A stretch of 38,955 nucleotides of DNA from IMG/VR virus record IMGVR_UViG_3300001528_000417, positions 1-38,955 of that record; one strand, given 5' to 3'. The translations under genes were made by a program, and so were the position numbers. Positions 17,273 to 24,937 of the stretch are shown piece after piece. This DNA is from a virus. Position 1 is the stretch's first letter, and every line of letters begins with the position of its first letter. The notes beneath the pieces are model-generated. The model was not told the origin of the DNA, made no database searches, and saw only the letters and a program-made list of their open reading frames with translations.

Positions 17273-17620
17273 ATGTTTAAGGAAAATTTAAAGAGACTAA
17301 GGGCACAAAAGGGTATTACTCAGGAAAATTTTGCTAAGGAACTTAATGTTACCAAAGGCGCAGTTGCTATGTGGGAAACAGGAAAAAGAATACCTGATAT
17401 AGATATGCTGAAGACGATTGCCGCTTTCTATGGTGTAACTGTTGATAAACTTGTTGACGACAAGCCAAGCGAAAACAATACAGCTAGCGAAACAACAAAA
17501 GATGATATAAAATTTGCTCTGTTCGGCACAACAGATGTTGACGATGAGCTTTATGATGATGTAAAAAAACTTGCACAAACACTATATATATCAAAGCAAA
17601 ATCGAAAGGAGAAGAAATGA
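17273..17620 (+). CDS. cI-like XRE-family repressor
   Basis: 115 aa. HTH GITQENFAKELNVTKGAVAMWETG. Followed by an ImmA-type peptidase gene with ATGA overlap. Confidence 0.8.
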   Translation: MFKENLKRLRAQKGITQENFAKELNVTKGAVAMWETGKRIPDIDMLKTIAAFYGVTVDKLVDDKPSENNTASETTKDDIKFALFGTTDVDDELYDDVKKLAQTLYISKQNRKEKK

Positions 17621-18039
17621 CAAACTTGGAGGACTTGTGCTGCATTGCAGAACAGGAAAATATATGCATAATTGATATGCATATAAAAAGAGCCGACGTC
17701 TCGGCAATATCTGTATGCGATGATGAGGGCGATTGCATAATCGCTATTGATTCCAGAAAAACAAAAAACGTCCCAGACTGCAAAGTGAAAACTGCGCATG
17801 AATTGGGACATTGTATTAAAGGAGCGTTTTACAACCGCTATAGCAACCTTGACGTTATAAGCAAACATGAATACCAAGCGGATAAATGGGCAGTGCAAAA
17901 ACTCATGCCGAGCGAGGAACTTTTGCAGGCAGTTCAAAACGGCTGTGTCGAAGTCTGGGAACTTGCGGAATATTTTGACGTAACAGAAGATTTCGTGCGC
18001 CGTGCGTGTGAGATATATAGAGCTATGGGCATTTTATAA
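17617..18039 (+). CDS. immA: ImmA/IrrE-family metallopeptidase (anti-repressor protease)
   Basis: 140 aa. HELGH zinc motif. Coupled to the repressor gene. Confidence 0.8.
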   Translation: MTNLEDLCCIAEQENICIIDMHIKRADVSAISVCDDEGDCIIAIDSRKTKNVPDCKVKTAHELGHCIKGAFYNRYSNLDVISKHEYQADKWAVQKLMPSEELLQAVQNGCVEVWELAEYFDVTEDFVRRACEIYRAMGIL

Positions 18040-18060
18040 GGTGTGAGGATATAACAACCT

Positions 18061-18645
18061 ATGAATACAAAAAAAGCCACGCTTGTGGTATCTGTTATTT
18101 TTATAGTCCTTTTCTCAATAGTTGCATTGTACGCTTTTTTCGAGGACGGAATATTGATTTCAAATCCCGAATATTGGTTAACGCTTGCTTTTTTCCTTTT
18201 CATGTCCGCTTTATTCTTATACTTCTTTTTTAAAGAACGTCAAGCGGAGAAAAGACGCGAGCAAGAAGAGAAAAAACGCTGGGCTGAATTCAGAAAGAAA
18301 TACGATTTTGATTTTCTATTTACGAATGTTGCCGGAGTAACTTTCGGCGGTGCGCAGCAAGTTCTTCCTAATTTATGCGCAGGAATGGATTTGCAATTTA
18401 TAAGAGAACCGGATAATCAATATGATACTAATGCTATACGGGTTGAATGCTGCGGTAGTGTGCTCGGACACATTAAAGCCGATGTTGCCGCCAAGTTAGC
18501 CCCTAAAATTGATAGCGGAAAAGCTATAATAAAAGGCAATATTGCCGAAATAACGGGTGGCTTTGCCCCTGGCGTAAAATATGGCTGTAAAATGCAAATT
18601 GTAATTTATACAAAAAAGCAGGAGGATATAACAACATGGAAGTAA
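18061..18645 (+). CDS. Membrane-anchored HIRAN-domain protein
   Basis: 194 aa. Two N-terminal hydrophobic helices, a charged linker, then HIRAN-like VAGVTFGGAQ...LQFIREPDNQYDTNAIRV...LGHIKADVAAKLAPKIDSG. Confidence 0.7.
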   Translation: MNTKKATLVVSVIFIVLFSIVALYAFFEDGILISNPEYWLTLAFFLFMSALFLYFFFKERQAEKRREQEEKKRWAEFRKKYDFDFLFTNVAGVTFGGAQQVLPNLCAGMDLQFIREPDNQYDTNAIRVECCGSVLGHIKADVAAKLAPKIDSGKAIIKGNIAEITGGFAPGVKYGCKMQIVIYTKKQEDITTWK

Positions 18646-19766
18646 TAAGAAGCCGCTGCAATTTCACTTGTTTCGATTTTGAAACGACGGGACTAAGCAT
18701 ACATACCGCCGAAGTAATTGAAATAGGCGCTGTTAAAGTAAGGAATTGGCAAGTAGTCGAACGTTTCAGCACATTTGTAAAACCTGTTGAGCCTATCTCG
18801 AACTTGATAACCAAATTAACAGGAATTACAAACGAAGATGTTGAACTTGCGCCGACAATTTCAGAAATTCTTCCTTCGTTTATGCAATTTATAGAGGGCG
18901 AATTTCTTTTAGGCCACAATATTGATCGTTATGATATTCCGATACTCAAAAGGATTGTTGCCGAAAACTTTTCTGTTGACAATGAATATGATGATACTTT
19001 AGAGTTGTCAAAGGTTATCGTTCCGGAGCTTCCCTCTCACAGTCTTGGAGCCTTGTGTAATTATTACGGAATTAAAAACGCAGAAGCTCACAGAGCTGTG
19101 AGTGATGCCGAAGCAACCTCAGATGTATACAAGTGCATTATGCTTGGCAAAAAGGGTAACATTGAAAAGGTGGAAAAGAAAAGCAAAACCTGTTACCATC
19201 GTCCCGTTTTTGCTAAACAAACACAGTCGCTCATTACGCTCAAGGGAATTCTTACAGGCATTACCTGCGATAACGTCCTTAGTAGAGATGAAATATTTTA
19301 TTTGAAAAACTGGCTTGACGATAATTGCGATTTAGAGGGAAACTATCCTTTTGATGTCGTTTTCGCAGAAGTGAACAACGCGCTTGCTGACGGAATACTG
19401 GAACAGCATGAACTTGACCGTATGCTGAGTATCTTCAAAGAATTTTTAAATCCCGTTGAAACCAAATCAGAGCATTCGGATAAAATAGACTTTACAAATA
19501 AAACGGTATGCTTATCGGGAGAGTTTGAAACAGGCTCCAAAAACGAAGTCGGCGAAAAAATTGCCGCTCTTGGCGCTACAATAAATCAGACCGTTACTAA
19601 GGCGGTTGATTTTCTAGTAGTCGGAGAAAAAGGCAGCGAAGCATGGTACTGCAGAAACTATGGAACAAAAATTAAAAAGGCTTTAGAAATGCAGGGCAAA
19701 GGGCATCATATTCAAATTCTTAGGGAATGTGAAGTTCTCAACGTTCGGGAGGTCGAAAATGTCTGA
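18636..19766 (+). CDS. DEDDh (DnaQ-like) 3'-5' exonuclease with C-terminal BRCT domain
   Basis: 376 aa. Motifs FDFETTG, GHNI.RYD and AHRAVSDA. C-terminal TVCLSGEF...VDFLVVGEKGS...KIKKA is BRCT-like. 10-nt overlap with the HIRAN gene. Confidence 0.75.
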   Translation: MEVIRSRCNFTCFDFETTGLSIHTAEVIEIGAVKVRNWQVVERFSTFVKPVEPISNLITKLTGITNEDVELAPTISEILPSFMQFIEGEFLLGHNIDRYDIPILKRIVAENFSVDNEYDDTLELSKVIVPELPSHSLGALCNYYGIKNAEAHRAVSDAEATSDVYKCIMLGKKGNIEKVEKKSKTCYHRPVFAKQTQSLITLKGILTGITCDNVLSRDEIFYLKNWLDDNCDLEGNYPFDVVFAEVNNALADGILEQHELDRMLSIFKEFLNPVETKSEHSDKIDFTNKTVCLSGEFETGSKNEVGEKIAALGATINQTVTKAVDFLVVGEKGSEAWYCRNYGTKIKKALEMQGKGHHIQILRECEVLNVREVENV

Positions 19767-20295
19767 ACAGCTTACTCTTGAAGAACTTGACACTCCAAAG
19801 CCGAGCCGCCCGAAAAATCCACACAATGAAAAATCGCCCGAATGGCATAATATCAGCCAAATGTTCAAAATAAAAGCGGCGGAATATGCCGCAGAATGCG
19901 GAATTGAAGAAAGCCATATTTCAAGCGATACAAACAAGGATAACTCCGTTTCGTTCAAAATCGACGGAAAGCTGATTGCGAAGCTTCTTCCGAACCCTGA
20001 TGTCGGCATAGCGTTTCCTGTCGGACTGTTTAATAAGTATGCGAAGGATTGCTCCTTTTCGCCGATCAAGTCCCCCGAGGGTTACGGAAAAATTTCGACG
20101 GATTCAATAAACTTAGCGCTGGATATGCTGAAAAAAGCCATTGCCGACTACGTTCCGTCGCACACATTCGGCTGTTGCAGCCGATACAAAGAGTGTTCGC
20201 ACGCTAAAAAGTGCATTCACCCCGATTTGTTTTACGCCAAAGGCTGTTATTACAGAAAAAATCTTGAAGCAGACAGAATATTTTATAAAGAGTAA
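19759..20295 (+). CDS. Hypothetical protein with Cys-rich C-terminus
   Basis: Start set to MSEQLTLEEL (8-nt overlap with the exonuclease stop). C-terminus FGCCSRYKECSHAKKCIHPD...GCYY. Confidence 0.55.
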   Translation: MSEQLTLEELDTPKPSRPKNPHNEKSPEWHNISQMFKIKAAEYAAECGIEESHISSDTNKDNSVSFKIDGKLIAKLLPNPDVGIAFPVGLFNKYAKDCSFSPIKSPEGYGKISTDSINLALDMLKKAIADYVPSHTFGCCSRYKECSHAKKCIHPDLFYAKGCYYRKNLEADRIFYKE

Positions 20296-20299
20296 TGCC

Positions 20300-20464
20300 A
20301 TGAACCTAGAAAAGAAACTTTGCAAACAGATCCCGACGCCCGAGGAAGTCAAAGAGGAGCGTTTGAAAAGCGCCGCCGAATTTCAGAAGCGGGCGGAAAA
20401 GGAGTTTCAAAAGCGCGGGAAAAGTAAAAATATAAGAATAACTCAATTAAAACAGAAAAAATAA
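20300..20464 (+). CDS. Small Lys-rich hypothetical protein
   Basis: 54 aa: MNLEKKLCKQIPTPEEVKEERLKSAAEFQKRAEKEFQKRGKSKNIRITQLKQKK. Followed by nested hairpins. Confidence 0.4.
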   Translation: MNLEKKLCKQIPTPEEVKEERLKSAAEFQKRAEKEFQKRGKSKNIRITQLKQKK

Positions 20465-20591
20465 AGCCCCTCACCTGCGCCAACAGGTGAAGAGCTTCGG
20501 GAGATGTGTGTGTACATCTAGGCATCTTTGATTATAGCACACCTCCCGGATTTTTGCAACCTTTTTTTACAAAAAACGGAGGTGTTTTTTT

Positions 20592-21689
20592 ATGATTTGT
20601 AAGACTTGCGGCGGAGAAATCCCCGACTTATCCCTTTATTGCCTGCATTGCGGTGCGGCTCAGCTCGCGGGAAAGTCGCCGAAAGCTAAAAGTTCGGCCA
20701 AGCGGCGCGGAAACGGAATGGGAAGCGTGTACAAGCTCCCCAATGGAAAATGGGCGTGCGAAAAGACGTGGTATATTGCGGGAAACCGCAAGACTGTGCG
20801 AAAAAAGGGGCTTGCCACGCGCAAAGAAGCGACCGAATATCTCGCCAACCTCACACCCGAGCGCAAGCGTTCAATGACGATTGCGGAAGCATACGCGGCG
20901 TTACAGCCAACCTTTGAAAAGCTATCCGAAAAACGGCAGAAAACGTACCAGTCGGCGTACAAACACTTGATTGACGTGGAAATGATTCCGCTCGAAACGT
21001 TCAGCCTTGCAGACCTGCAGAACATAATTGACGACGTAGACGGCGGATTTTATTCAAAGCGCTATGTAAAGGACCTGCTGAGCAAGATTTTTTCATACGC
21101 GTATATCGACGGAAAGGTTGAACGCAATGTTGTTCCGTACATTGTCCTTCCCCCGAATGTTCCGCAGAAAGAAATTACCATTTTTACCCGCGAGGAAATC
21201 GCGCGGCTGTGGCTGCTCTGGGGAGCTGGGGAGACGTTCGCGGGCTATCTGCTGATCCTTATTTTTTGTGGACTCCGCACAGGCGAGCTGTGGAATATCC
21301 GCTGCGCAAACATCAACTTTGCCGAACATATCATGTTTGGCGGAATTAAAACGACAAAGGGCAAAGCCGCGCCTATATTTATGATAAGCAAGATTGAGCC
21401 TGTTGTTGCCTACATGGCTGAGCGAAGCCGCACAACGCTTTATCCCGGAAACGCAACGGCATTTTACCGCGAGTGGCAAGAGTTTAAGCGCAAGCACAAG
21501 CTCCGCGACGAGTTACAACCCTACTCCGCGCGCCACACCTGCGCGACGCTGCTGTCAAAGGCGGGGCTACCCGAAGCCGTGATAATGGATATTACACGCC
21601 ACACATCTTACGACACGACGTTAAAATATACGCACATTGACACGCTGAGCGTGCTCACGGGAATGGAAAAAGCTCTTTCGGCGGTATAA
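20592..21689 (+). CDS. int: Tyrosine integrase with N-terminal zinc ribbon
   Basis: 365 aa. CxxC-x12-CxxC at the N-terminus. C-terminal catalytic pattern ...ARHTCATLL...TRHTSYDTTLKYTH. Confidence 0.85.
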   Translation: MICKTCGGEIPDLSLYCLHCGAAQLAGKSPKAKSSAKRRGNGMGSVYKLPNGKWACEKTWYIAGNRKTVRKKGLATRKEATEYLANLTPERKRSMTIAEAYAALQPTFEKLSEKRQKTYQSAYKHLIDVEMIPLETFSLADLQNIIDDVDGGFYSKRYVKDLLSKIFSYAYIDGKVERNVVPYIVLPPNVPQKEITIFTREEIARLWLLWGAGETFAGYLLILIFCGLRTGELWNIRCANINFAEHIMFGGIKTTKGKAAPIFMISKIEPVVAYMAERSRTTLYPGNATAFYREWQEFKRKHKLRDELQPYSARHTCATLLSKAGLPEAVIMDITRHTSYDTTLKYTHIDTLSVLTGMEKALSAV

Positions 21690-21694
21690 TTTCG

Positions 21695-21715
21695 GGGTGT
21701 AATAAGGGTGTAATA
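21695..21715 (+). repeat. Direct repeats GGGTGTAATA x2 (candidate arm-type integrase sites, P arm)
   Basis: Copies at 21695..21704 and 21706..21715. Related copies lie at 21903..21912 and 21915..21924 on the other side of the core. Confidence 0.5.
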
Positions 21716-21772
21716 GACTGCATTTTTACAGCATTTTGCAGTAATTGTCCGCCGAGCGAACGCATAAACGAA

Positions 21773-21817
21773 AACCCCGCAAATGGCTTAACAAAGCTAT
21801 TTGCGGGGTTTATTTTC
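21773..21817 (+). terminator. Rho-independent terminator downstream of int
   Basis: AACCCCGCAAAT-14-nt loop-ATTTGCGGGGTT followed by TATTTTC. Confidence 0.7.
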
Positions 21818-21863
21818 TGGTGACCCGTACGGGAATCGAACCCATGATTCCGCCGTGAAAGGG
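21818..21863 (-). other. attP core: 3' portion (anticodon loop to CCA) of a tRNA-Glu(UUC)-like sequence, not a complete tRNA
   Basis: Minus strand reads CCCTTTCACGGCGGAATCATGGGTTCGATTCCCGTACGGGTCACCA: anticodon loop CTTTCAC, T-arm, acceptor 3' strand and CCA. There is no 5' half. Confidence 0.75.
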
Positions 21864-21868
21864 TATGT

Positions 21869-21894
21869 TCAAACGGCTTTGTTAAGCCGTTTGA
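21869..21894. repeat. Perfect hairpin/palindrome flanking the att core
   Basis: TCAAACGGCTT-TGTT-AAGCCGTTTGA. It contains the reverse complement of GGCTTAACAAAGC at 21785..21797. Confidence 0.5.
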
Positions 21895-22043
21895 AATGAT
21901 TAGGGATGTAGTCAGGGTGTAATCAATCTCCGGTTATTATGTGTCGCGTGCTATCTTTTATGCAGTTTGTTGTAGCTAAGAGTATTATTCTTGTACACTT
22001 TTCACAAATATAGCAATATTGATATTTTTTCTTCGAAAACCTC

Positions 22044-22072
22044 TTGACATTATGCCAATATTGATATATAAT
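22044..22072 (+). promoter_or_regulatory. Consensus promoter with palindromic operators (copy 1 of the duplicated region 21991..22118)
   Basis: TTGACA-17 nt-TATAAT. CAATATTGAT half-palindromes at 22012..22023 and 22054..22065, the second inside the spacer. Confidence 0.75.
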
Positions 22073-22125
22073 AGAGACATCAAAGGGAAAGGAAAATCCC
22101 GAAAACCAGAAAGGATAAAAAAATT

Positions 22126-22383
22126 ATGTTTAGAACTAATTACGGAACAGGTGCTGGTAATGTCGACGAAATCGAAACTCTCGAAAAGGCAATGGAACTC
22201 GCAGACGAAGACGCCAGCTATACTCAGACTGACATTGAGATACTCGATGAAAACAACAAGCTCGTTGCCATCCGCCGCTGGTACGGCGTAGAATTTAATC
22301 CCGACGATTACGAAAACGGCGAGGATGCAGATGTAATCAGCTACGGGAAATTCGGATTTTACGACGAGTGGCAGACACTTTAA
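22126..22383 (+). CDS. Small acidic protein (anti-defence candidate)
   Basis: 85 aa, Asp/Glu-rich. RBS AGAAAGGA. Confidence 0.6.
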   Translation: MFRTNYGTGAGNVDEIETLEKAMELADEDASYTQTDIEILDENNKLVAIRRWYGVEFNPDDYENGEDADVISYGKFGFYDEWQTL

Positions 22384-22439
22384 GAACTACGATTACGGGG
22401 CGGTAAGCCGCCCCACAAAAATAAGGAGGATTTAAAATC

Positions 22440-22709
22440 ATGGGAAGAATTACTAGCGCAAGAAAAGAAGAAGGCGAAATGCTCATCCGCAGAATGAGCG
22501 AAAAGGCTCAGGAAGCCTACTACGGAACTGATCCCCTCGCGGTTTATGCCGACGATAGAAACAGCACAGAGGATATAGACCTTGTCGCCGTCGATGGGGC
22601 TAAGAATATGAATTTTGATGAACTGGAAAGATACCTCGAAGATTGGCAGGACGCTATGGGTGAACAGCTTCGCGAGGACGAAGAAGACGAGGAGGACGAA
22701 GAGATCTAA
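22440..22709 (+). CDS. Small acidic protein (anti-defence candidate)
   Basis: 89 aa. C-terminal EDEEDEEDEEI. SD AAGGAGGA. Confidence 0.6.
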   Translation: MGRITSARKEEGEMLIRRMSEKAQEAYYGTDPLAVYADDRNSTEDIDLVAVDGAKNMNFDELERYLEDWQDAMGEQLREDEEDEEDEEI

Positions 22710-22713
22710 CGGT

Positions 22714-23022
22714 ATGAAGAATAATTTAGCCCTAATCCGCCACGCTCGCGGATTAACACAAAAAGAGCTGGCTGCCAGAATTGGGCTGCCGCAAACATGG
22801 GTTTCGCGCTGTGAATCAGGCGTTTTGTCGGTCGAAAATATCACTCTAAAAAATGCCGCTGCTCTCGCCAAAGCCCTTGACTGTCGCATCGAAGATTTTC
22901 TCGGTGATCCGCGAGAAGAATTCATTCTTCTCGCGGCGGCGGGAAAACAAGCCGAAGATCTTGAACGCGCGATCGCTGAAGGCGATATTGATGGAATTAT
23001 AAATAACGGGCTCGCCCGTTAG
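22714..23022 (+). CDS. XRE-family HTH regulator (Aca-like position)
   Basis: Start set to MKNNLALIRHARGLTQKELAARIGLPQTWVSRCESG. Last gene of the acidic-protein operon. Confidence 0.7.
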   Translation: MKNNLALIRHARGLTQKELAARIGLPQTWVSRCESGVLSVENITLKNAAALAKALDCRIEDFLGDPREEFILLAAAGKQAEDLERAIAEGDIDGIINNGLAR

Positions 23023-23027
23023 AAAAA

Positions 23028-23051
23028 GCTCGGAGCAATCCGAGCCTTTTT
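23028..23051 (+). terminator. Rho-independent terminator
   Basis: GCTCGGA-GCAA-TCCGAGC followed by CTTTTTG. Confidence 0.7.
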
Positions 23052-23134
23052 GTATATATCGCGTGTTTTGTTGTGCCGTTTTTGTACACATTTTACAAAA
23101 ATATCAATATTGATATATTTTTCTCGGGAAGTCT

Positions 23135-23163
23135 TTGACAATATATCAATATTGATATATAAT
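23135..23163 (+). promoter_or_regulatory. Consensus promoter with palindromic operators (copy 2 of the duplicated region 23082..23208)
   Basis: TTGACA-17 nt-TATAAT. Perfect palindrome ATCAATATTGAT at 23103..23114 and 23145..23156. Confidence 0.75.
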
Positions 23164-23213
23164 AGAGACATCAAAGGGAAAGGAAAATCCCAAAAACCAG
23201 AAAGGTATACGAA

Positions 23214-23501
23214 ATGAAAAACACTTATTTTATCACCTACGCATCGCTCAATAGTGAAGGCTACGCAATTCTTTACTGCAAGGAAACCAATCAAATCTTT
23301 ATGGAAGACGGCGGCGACGGAAGTTCGAGCGAATGCGAAGATGTGGAAACATTGGTAGCGTACGCGACACAGCTTTTTGGAGCTGGTTTTTACGACCTTG
23401 AAGATATTGTAGCCGAAATTGTACATAGCGGATCTGAACTCACCGAGGACGACTGCTACGGAAGCGGCGCGGCTGCTTGGATTGCGGCTCAGGAAGAATA
23501 A
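23214..23501 (+). CDS. Small acidic protein (anti-defence candidate)
   Basis: 95 aa, acidic. Same 5' UTR and RBS context as 22126..22383. Confidence 0.6.
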   Translation: MKNTYFITYASLNSEGYAILYCKETNQIFMEDGGDGSSSECEDVETLVAYATQLFGAGFYDLEDIVAEIVHSGSELTEDDCYGSGAAAWIAAQEE

Positions 23502-23505
23502 ATTC

Positions 23506-23532
23506 AAGCCCGGAGAAATCCGGGCTTTTTTT
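23506..23532. terminator. Bidirectional terminator between convergent genes
   Basis: AAGCCCGGA-GAAA-TCCGGGCTT flanked by A and T tracts. Confidence 0.7.
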
Positions 23533-24114
23533 ATTTCTCTTTTACACTCACAACCTCAAACCCTGCGCTTTTCAGCATAACTTTCGTCTTTTCCAGCTCC
23601 GCCTTTTTCACCAACTTGCACGCCGTAATCGTGTATGTCACCTCTGGCGCGTTATCAGCCGCGATGTACGGGCACTGGCACCAATACTCCCATGCAAAGT
23701 CTTTGAGCTTCGTCTTTACGACCCCGTCGCCGCGGCTGCTGAGCGTGCTTTCGATAACATATCCACCGCCGATATAAATGCCGACATGAGGGCGCGATTT
23801 GCAGTACAGCACAAGTCCCGGCTGCTCAGGCAGAGTGTCGATTTTGCCCTTGACCTTCGCGGCTTTGTACAGCCCGTGAGCGTTTACGTCAGTCGCGCCG
23901 TAATATCCCTTGCTACCCTTGCCGCCCCAGTAGTAGGATTTAATAAGTCCTACGCAATCAACGCCGTAATACCCGTCGGGCAGCGCTTTCAGCGTTTGCT
24001 TTCGCGCACTCGTGTACTGCAGCGGATACATCTTCGCCAGCTGCTCAACTATTTCGTTTTGTCGTTCAGCGCCGCTTTCGCGTGCGCCACAAGCCCCGTG
24101 TTAGTGTATGTCAT
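23531..24114 (-). pseudogene. NlpC/P60-family endolysin, reading frame interrupted near the 5' end
   Basis: The catalytic body 23531..24031 carries GVDCVGLIKS...HVGIYIGGGYVIES. A 21-codon head (24049..24114, MTYTNTGLVAHAKAALNDKTK*) overlaps the upstream gene's 3' end by 14 nt (its ATG lies inside that gene) but is in a different frame. The junction is at the A4 run 24057..24060. Confidence 0.6.
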
Positions 24115-24439
24115 TGTCTGCGCCCCCTTCGATATAATTCGCAACACTAGCATTATTTGACAGCATAGCTTTCATCTTCTCTAACGCAGCGTCCACCCAT
24201 GCTGAAAACACTTTAAACGGCAGTACCGCAGAAAGTGCAGGGAACTTTGTAACGAACCAGTCGTACACCTGCCGCAGCTTCAGCTGCCCCGTGCCGCCGC
24301 CGAGTTCCTTTTCGGCGCGCGTTACTGCCCATATCAACCATTCGCGTACCTTTGCGCGCTGATTGATGATAAGATACACAGCGATTGCTACAAGCGGCAG
24401 AGCCGCGAGAATAATTTTAACTGCAATTTCAATGTTCAT
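24101..24439 (-). CDS. LL-H-family holin-like protein
   Basis: 112 aa. One N-terminal TM helix followed by ...AEKELGGGTGQLKLRQV... ATGA coupling with the upstream gene. Confidence 0.55.
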   Translation of the reverse strand: MNIEIAVKIILAALPLVAIAVYLIINQRAKVREWLIWAVTRAEKELGGGTGQLKLRQVYDWFVTKFPALSAVLPFKVFSAWVDAALEKMKAMLSNNASVANYIEGGADNDIH

Positions 24440-24723
24440 AGCATTCTTTCCTCCTCAATTTCCTGTAAAATTTCATCGAGCGACGGGCGCGGCTCGTCCT
24501 CTTTTTGTTCAGCCTGCGGCGCTTCTCGGCGCATTTTCAGCACGTTTTCCGCCTTGGCTTTCCAACAGTAAAACCCAATCGCGGTCGCCGTCGGAATGCC
24601 TATGTACGTCAGCCATTCGCCGAGGTGTTCGGGGTAAAAAAACACCAATACCCCGCCCGCCGCGAACCCGAGAAAATACGTCGCCATTACCGCCGCGACA
24701 AGCATTTTAGTGTACGTTTTCAT
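24436..24723 (-). CDS. Holin (two TM helices)
   Basis: Start set to MKTYTKMLVAAV... Two hydrophobic helices and a charged C-terminus. Confidence 0.6.
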   Translation of the reverse strand: MKTYTKMLVAAVMATYFLGFAAGGVLVFFYPEHLGEWLTYIGIPTATAIGFYCWKAKAENVLKMRREAPQAEQKEDEPRPSLDEILQEIEEERML

Positions 24724-24937
24724 GCTGTTCAAGGTCCTCGATTCTGTGGTTTATCACCTTTATCTGCTCCTCGATAACGGGCATTCTCCGCGCGAAATTG
24801 TTGTGCTCCGCGACGCGTTTTTCGAGCTGCTCGAGGCGGTACGCGGTCAGCTTCGCGCTCACGAGTATGCCCACTAGTGAGCCGATGAGCGTTCCCGCAA
24901 GGCTGATTAGCGCCACAATAATTGTCGGGTCGATCAT
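24707..24937 (-). CDS. XhlA-like lysis-associated membrane protein
   Basis: 76 aa. N-terminal TM helix plus a coiled coil (LEQLEKRVAEHNNF...RIEDLE). Confidence 0.6.
   Translation of the reverse strand: MIDPTIIVALISLAGTLIGSLVGILVSAKLTAYRLEQLEKRVAEHNNFARRMPVIEEQIKVINHRIEDLEQHENVH

Noticed and set aside
17297-18919. Minus-strand ORFs in the lysogeny region (17297..17578, 17484..17783, 17551..17937, 17934..18203, 18524..18919)
   Set aside because: They are AT-rich shadow frames opposite the repressor, ImmA, HIRAN and exonuclease genes, and they have no independent signals.
21818-21863. A functional tRNA gene
   Set aside because: Only the anticodon loop, the 3' strand of the anticodon stem, the variable loop, the T-arm, the acceptor 3' strand and CCA are present. 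The upstream sequence cannot form the D-arm or the 5' acceptor strand. It is better explained as the attP core.
22380-22925. 181-aa minus-strand ORF across the acidic-protein operon
   Set aside because: It is antisense to three plus-strand genes that have consensus promoters, RBSs and terminators. It has low-complexity composition and no RBS.
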